A DNA stretch of 64,000 bases, from positions 544,001 through 608,000 of the forward strand of contig OZ244044.1 in the NCBI GenBank assembly GCA_965215275.1, in the 5' to 3' direction. Of the stretch, positions 59,595-64,000 are shown piece after piece. The translations under genes and the position numbers were made by a program. The notes below the pieces were generated by a model. It searched no databases. It worked only from the letters and a program-made list of their open reading frames with translations, and was not told the DNA's origin. Each line of letters starts with the position of its first letter. The first letter of the stretch is position 1. This stretch comes from Thermodesulfobacteriota bacterium (GTDB lineage: Bacteria > Desulfobacterota_D > UBA1144 > Nemesobacterales > JAJCZQ01).

Positions 59595-62500
59595 CTACGT
59601 CTTTATCTGATATCTTCTCTTCCTTCTGATAGCTACTGACACGGGTATAAGTATCAGACATGCCATTACTCCAAGCAGATCAGGAACAACGTTGCTCTGA
59701 TCTGAGACAGCACATCCTCCTCCACCTCCACCTGCTTCAGTATCTGGTGCTGGTCTTGGTCTTGGATTTGGTGGTGGCGGCGGAGCAGGAGGAGCCTCTA
59801 CAATAAGTATGAAACTCACCTCATCCGTATCTCCATTCCTGTCCGTTACTATATACCTGTAAGTATCAGTCGATGCTCTCGTCGGTGTGCCACTTATTTC
59901 TCGGGTAACTTCGTTAAAACTCAATCCAGCTGGCAGATCAGGAGTTATACTGTAAGTAACTGGTGGATTCCCTCCCGTTGCCTCTGGCAGCGTTATTGGT
60001 CTCCCTGCTGTGTACTCCATTTGAGTAGAAATTGTCGTACCGTCAAGGTCTGGAGTGCTGTCTTCTTCTATTGTTATTCTGAACATCAACTCAGCTGTAT
60101 CTCCATCTACATCTGTAACACTCCATGTATAAGGAGTTTCATGCATCGCAGTAGTGGGTGTACCGCTTATTTCTTGAGTAGCTGAGTTAAAACTCAATCC
60201 AGTTGGCAATGCAGGCGTTATACTGTACCTTAATCCTCCATTCCCTGATGTTGCTGCAGGCAGCGTTACCGGTGTTATTGAACTCCCTGCTATATATTCC
60301 TTATCATCTATCGTCTCACCACTAAAAGTTGGCATTGCGTCTGCTAATATTGTGATCCCGAACATCAACTCAGCTGTATCTCCATCTACGTCAGTTACAG
60401 TATATGTATAAACTGTTCTGCTCGCTGCAGTAGTCGGTGTCCCGCTTATCTCGCGGGTAGCAGGGGTAAAAATCAATCCAGCAGGTAATCCAGGTGTTAT
60501 ACTGTAAGTTAATGTTCCGTTCCCTCCCGCTGCTGCAGGCAGCGTTACCGGAAGGTTTATTGTTTTCCCTGCTATGTACTCCTGATCATCTATCATATCA
60601 CTGAAGGTTGGTTCTTCATTTGCAGTTACAGTGATACCGAACGTCAACTTTGCAGTATCTCCATCTATGTCTTCTACCGTATATGTATAAGTATCCTTAC
60701 TCATTGCAGTAGCCGGTGTCCCACTTATCTCGCGGGTATTTTCGTTAAAATCCAATCCAGTTGGTAACTTAGGTGTTAAACTGTAAGTTAATGTTCCATT
60801 CCCTCCTGCTGCCTCAGGCAGCGTTACTGGAATGTTTATTGTTTTCCCTGCTATGTACTCCTGATTAGCTATCGTATCACTGAAACTTGGTTCTTCGTTT
60901 GCAGCTACTGTGATACCGAAACTCAAATCAGCCGTATCTCCATCTATGTCTTCTACCGTATATGTATAAGTATCCTTACTCATTGCAGTAGCCGGTGTCC
61001 CACTTATCTCGCGGGTAGCAGAGGTAAAGATTAATCCAGTCGGTAATGCAGGCGTTAAACTGTAAGTTAATGGAGCATTTCCTCCCGCTGCTGCAGGCAG
61101 TGTCACCGGAAGGTTTGTCGTTTTCCCTGCTATATACTCCTGATTAGCTATCGTATCACTGAAACTTGGTTCTTCGTTTGCAGCTACTGTGATACCGAAA
61201 CTCAAATCAGCCGTATCTCCATCTTTGTCTCTTACCGTATACGTGTAAGTACCAGATGATGCACTCGCAGGTGTGCCGCTTATCACTCGGGTAGATGCGT
61301 TAAAATACAATCCAGTTGGTAACTTAGGTGTTAAACTGTAAGTTAATGGAGCATTCCCTCCCGCTGCTGCAGGTAATGTTACAGGAAGGTTTGTTGTTTT
61401 CCCTGCTATGTACTCCTGATCGGTTATCGCATCACTGAAGGCTGGTTCTTCGTTTGCAGCCACTGTGATACCGAAACTCAATTCATCCGTATCCCCGTCT
61501 TCGTCCGTTACTGTATATGTATAAACTGTTCTGCTCGCTGCAGTAGTCGGTGTCCCGCTTATCTCGCGGTGGGGGGGGGTAGATGCGTTAAAATTCAATC
61601 CAGTTGGTAATGTTGGGGTTATACTGTATCTTAATGCTCCATTCCCTCCCGTTGCCTCAGGTAGTATTTCCGTTACTGCGATACCCGTCAGATACTCCTT
61701 ATCAGCTATCATCTCACCGCCAAAAGTCGGTTCTGTGTCTGCTTCTACCGTGATCCCAAACCTTAACTCAAACCTATCTCCGTCTTTGTCTCTTACCGTA
61801 TACGTGTAAGTACCAGATGATGCACTCACAGGTGTGCCGCTTATCACTCGGGTAGATGCGCTAAAATTTAATCCAGCAGGTAATATAGGTGTTATACTGT
61901 AAGTTAATGGAGCATTCCCTCCCGCTGCTGCGGGCAGTGTTACCGGAAGGTTCGTTGCCGTCCCTGCTACGTACTCCTGATCATCTATCGTCTCACTGAA
62001 AGTTGGTCTGTCGTCTGCAGCTACTGTGATCCCGAACATCAGATCATCCGTATCTCCGTCTTTATCTGTTACCGTATACGTGTAAGTATCCTCAGGCATT
62101 GCAGTAGTGGGTGTGCCACTTAGCACTCGGGTAATTTCGTTCAAATCCAATCCAGCAGGTAAAGCAGGCGTTATAGTATATCTTAATGTTCCATTCCCTC
62201 CCGTTGCCTCAGGCAGCGTTACAGGAAGGTTTGTTGTTTTCCCTGCTATGTACTCCTGATCACCTATCATCTTACCGCCAAAGTCCGGCAGGCTGTCTGC
62301 TTCTACCGTGATCCCGAATGTCAAATCATCCGTATCTCCGTCTTTGTCTCTTACCGTATACGTGTAAGTATCCTTAGGCATTGCAGCAGTGGGTGCGCCA
62401 CTTATCTCTCGGGTAGCAGGGGTAAAGATCAATCCAGCAGGTAAAGAAGGATTTAAACTGTATATTAAATCTCCATTCCCTCCCGTTGCCTCAGGCAGCG

Positions 62501-64000
62501 TTACAGGAAGATTTGCTGTTTTCCCTGCTACGTACTCCTTATCAGCTATCATATTACCGCCAAAGTCCGGCATGCTGTCTGCTTCTACCGTGATCCCGAA
62601 CGTCAGATCATCACTATCTCCGTCTTTGTCTGTTACAGTATATGTATACATTCTCTTATTCGTTGCAGTAGTGGGTGTGCCACTTATCTCTCGGGTGGTT
62701 TCGTCAAAATCCAATCCAGCAGGTAAATCAGGTGTTATAGTGTATCTTAATGTTCCATTCCCTCCCGTTGCTTCAGGCAGCGTTACTGGAAGATTTGTTG
62801 TTTTCCCTGCTACGTACTCCTTATCAGCTATCATATTACCGCCAAATTCCGGCATGCTGTCAGTTTCTACTGTGATCCCGAACGTCAGATCAGCTGTATC
62901 TCCTTCTTCGTCTCTTACCGTATACGTGTAAGTACCAGATGATGCACTCTCAGGTGTGCCACTTAGCACTCGGGTAGCAGGGGTAAAGATCAATCCAGCT
63001 GGTAAAGCAGGTGTTATACTATAGGTTAATGCTCCATCCCCTCCCACTGCAACAGGTAGAGTTTCCGTTATTGCTGTATCCGTAACATACTCCTTATCAG
63101 ATATAGTCTCGCCGCTAAAGGTCGGCACATCAGATCCTACAGTGATCCCGAACTTTATTTGATCTGTATCTCCATCACCATCGATAACAGTATATGTATA
63201 CATGGTCTTACTCGTTACAGTAGTGGGTGTTCCACTTATCTCTCGGGTGGTTTCGTCAAAATCCAATCCATCTGGTAAAAAAGAGAATATGACGGGTATA
63301 TCAGAAGGAGCTAAACTGTACGTTAAGGTTCCATTCCCTCCCGTTGCAGCAGGTAGTATTTCCGTTACTGCGACACCCGTCAGATACTCCTTATCAGCTA
63401 TCATATTACTGCCAAAGTCCGGCATTCTGTCAGCTTCTACCGTGATCCCGAACGTCAACTCATCCGTATCTCCTTCTTCGTCTTCTGCTGTATACGTGTA
63501 AACAGTCTTACTCATTGCAGTAGTGGGTGTTCCGCTTATCTCTCGGGTAGCAGGGGTAAAGATCAATCCAGTTGGTAAAGCAGGTGTTATACTATAGGTT
63601 AATGCTCCATCCCCTCCCACTGCAACAGGTAGAGTTTCCGTTATTGCTGTATCCGTAACATACTCCTTATCAGATATAGTCTCGCCGCTAAAGGTCGGCA
63701 CATCAGATCCTACAGTGATCCCGAACTTTATTTGAGATGTATCTCCTTCATCATCAGTAGCAGCATATGTATACATGGTCTTGCTCGTTACAGTAGTGGG
63801 TGTCCCGCTTATCTCTCGGGTGGCTTCGTCAAAATCCAATCCATCCGGCAAAGCAGGTGTTAAACTATAAATTAATGTTCCATTCCCTCCCGCTGCCTCA
63901 GGCAGTGTTTCCGTTACTGCAATACCCGTCAGATACTCCTTATCAGTTATCATATTACTGCTAAAGCTTGGTACTGTATCGTCACTCCTATGACCATAGA
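59595..64000 (-). CDS. Giant surface protein with at least 15 tandem putative Ig-like (He_PIG/cadherin-like) repeats and a C-terminal Gly-rich/Cys-TM-basic anchor; 5' end outside the window
   Basis: ~93-95 aa repeats (LP.A.GGNG.L.YS..P.LP.GL.F...TREISGTPT...YTYTV.D.DGD); PPAPPPPP linker, GGGGGGCAVS, TM, RRKRR; frame open to the window edge. Confidence 0.92.
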   Translation of the reverse strand, partial: YGHRSDDTVPSFSSNMITDKEYLTGIAVTETLPEAAGGNGTLIYSLTPALPDGLDFDEATREISGTPTTVTSKTMYTYAATDDEGDTSQIKFGITVGSDVPTFSGETISDKEYVTDTAITETLPVAVGGDGALTYSITPALPTGLIFTPATREISGTPTTAMSKTVYTYTAEDEEGDTDELTFGITVEADRMPDFGSNMIADKEYLTGVAVTEILPAATGGNGTLTYSLAPSDIPVIFSFLPDGLDFDETTREISGTPTTVTSKTMYTYTVIDGDGDTDQIKFGITVGSDVPTFSGETISDKEYVTDTAITETLPVAVGGDGALTYSITPALPAGLIFTPATRVLSGTPESASSGTYTYTVRDEEGDTADLTFGITVETDSMPEFGGNMIADKEYVAGKTTNLPVTLPEATGGNGTLRYTITPDLPAGLDFDETTREISGTPTTATNKRMYTYTVTDKDGDSDDLTFGITVEADSMPDFGGNMIADKEYVAGKTANLPVTLPEATGGNGDLIYSLNPSLPAGLIFTPATREISGAPTAAMPKDTYTYTVRDKDGDTDDLTFGITVEADSLPDFGGKMIGDQEYIAGKTTNLPVTLPEATGGNGTLRYTITPALPAGLDLNEITRVLSGTPTTAMPEDTYTYTVTDKDGDTDDLMFGITVAADDRPTFSETIDDQEYVAGTATNLPVTLPAAAGGNAPLTYSITPILPAGLNFSASTRVISGTPVSASSGTYTYTVRDKDGDRFELRFGITVEADTEPTFGGEMIADKEYLTGIAVTEILPEATGGNGALRYSITPTLPTGLNFNASTPPHREISGTPTTAASRTVYTYTVTDEDGDTDELSFGITVAANEEPAFSDAITDQEYIAGKTTNLPVTLPAAAGGNAPLTYSLTPKLPTGLYFNASTRVISGTPASASSGTYTYTVRDKDGDTADLSFGITVAANEEPSFSDTIANQEYIAGKTTNLPVTLPAAAGGNAPLTYSLTPALPTGLIFTSATREISGTPATAMSKDTYTYTVEDIDGDTADLSFGITVAANEEPSFSDTIANQEYIAGKTINIPVTLPEAAGGNGTLTYSLTPKLPTGLDFNENTREISGTPATAMSKDTYTYTVEDIDGDTAKLTFGITVTANEEPTFSDMIDDQEYIAGKTINLPVTLPAAAGGNGTLTYSITPGLPAGLIFTPATREISGTPTTAASRTVYTYTVTDVDGDTAELMFGITILADAMPTFSGETIDDKEYIAGSSITPVTLPAATSGNGGLRYSITPALPTGLSFNSATQEISGTPTTAMHETPYTWSVTDVDGDTAELMFRITIEEDSTPDLDGTTISTQMEYTAGRPITLPEATGGNPPVTYSITPDLPAGLSFNEVTREISGTPTRASTDTYRYIVTDRNGDTDEVSFILIVEAPPAPPPPPNPRPRPAPDTEAGGGGGGCAVSDQSNVVPDLLGVMACLILIPVSVAIRRKRRYQIKT

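Noticed and set aside
62389..63501. Plus-strand ORFs inside the adhesin
   Set aside because: Antisense shadows of repetitive coding sequence

Overview
Bacterial chromosomal window of moderate GC. The gene content and order (zapB-zapA-ygfA-rny, merR after rnhB, hemA-hemC, F420-type LLM) look deltaproteobacterial-like; the lineage is an inference only. The backbone is housekeeping: dapA, rnhB, hsp20, metF, ubiE/menG, rny, prfA, dapF, surE, purM, hemB/hemA/hemC, folE with two PTPS genes, an orphan nuoM, ispG, pckA, and tRNA-Ser(GGA), tRNA-Leu(CAA) and tRNA-fMet. Four accessory regions interrupt it. (1) An AT-rich insert at ~1.7-3.3 kb with an in-frame HicA-HicB-like fusion and a tandemly duplicated HicB-like gene. 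(2) A ~23 kb defence-type island (~14.1-37.6 kb) ending at the 3' end of tRNA-Ser. It holds Fic, a TM0106 nuclease-helicase, a RhuM remnant with an AAA ATPase, a type IIG-like R-M gene frameshifted at a C13 tract, a metal-handling cassette, GIY-YIG, a decayed WYL regulator, an SNF2-DUF3883/DUF1156/DUF499 operon and a DprA-like gene with a possible PRTase remnant. (3) Mobile mystery A/B with a perfect 26-bp palindrome upstream. (4) A ~1.3 kb tandem duplication at 53.3-56.0 kb in which only the partner gene of a PD-(D/E)XK nuclease stayed intact and diversified. The window ends inside a giant Ig-like repeat surface protein. Several C9-C13 homopolymers sit at positions suggestive of phase variation. 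All family assignments come from recognising motifs by eye; no searches were run.
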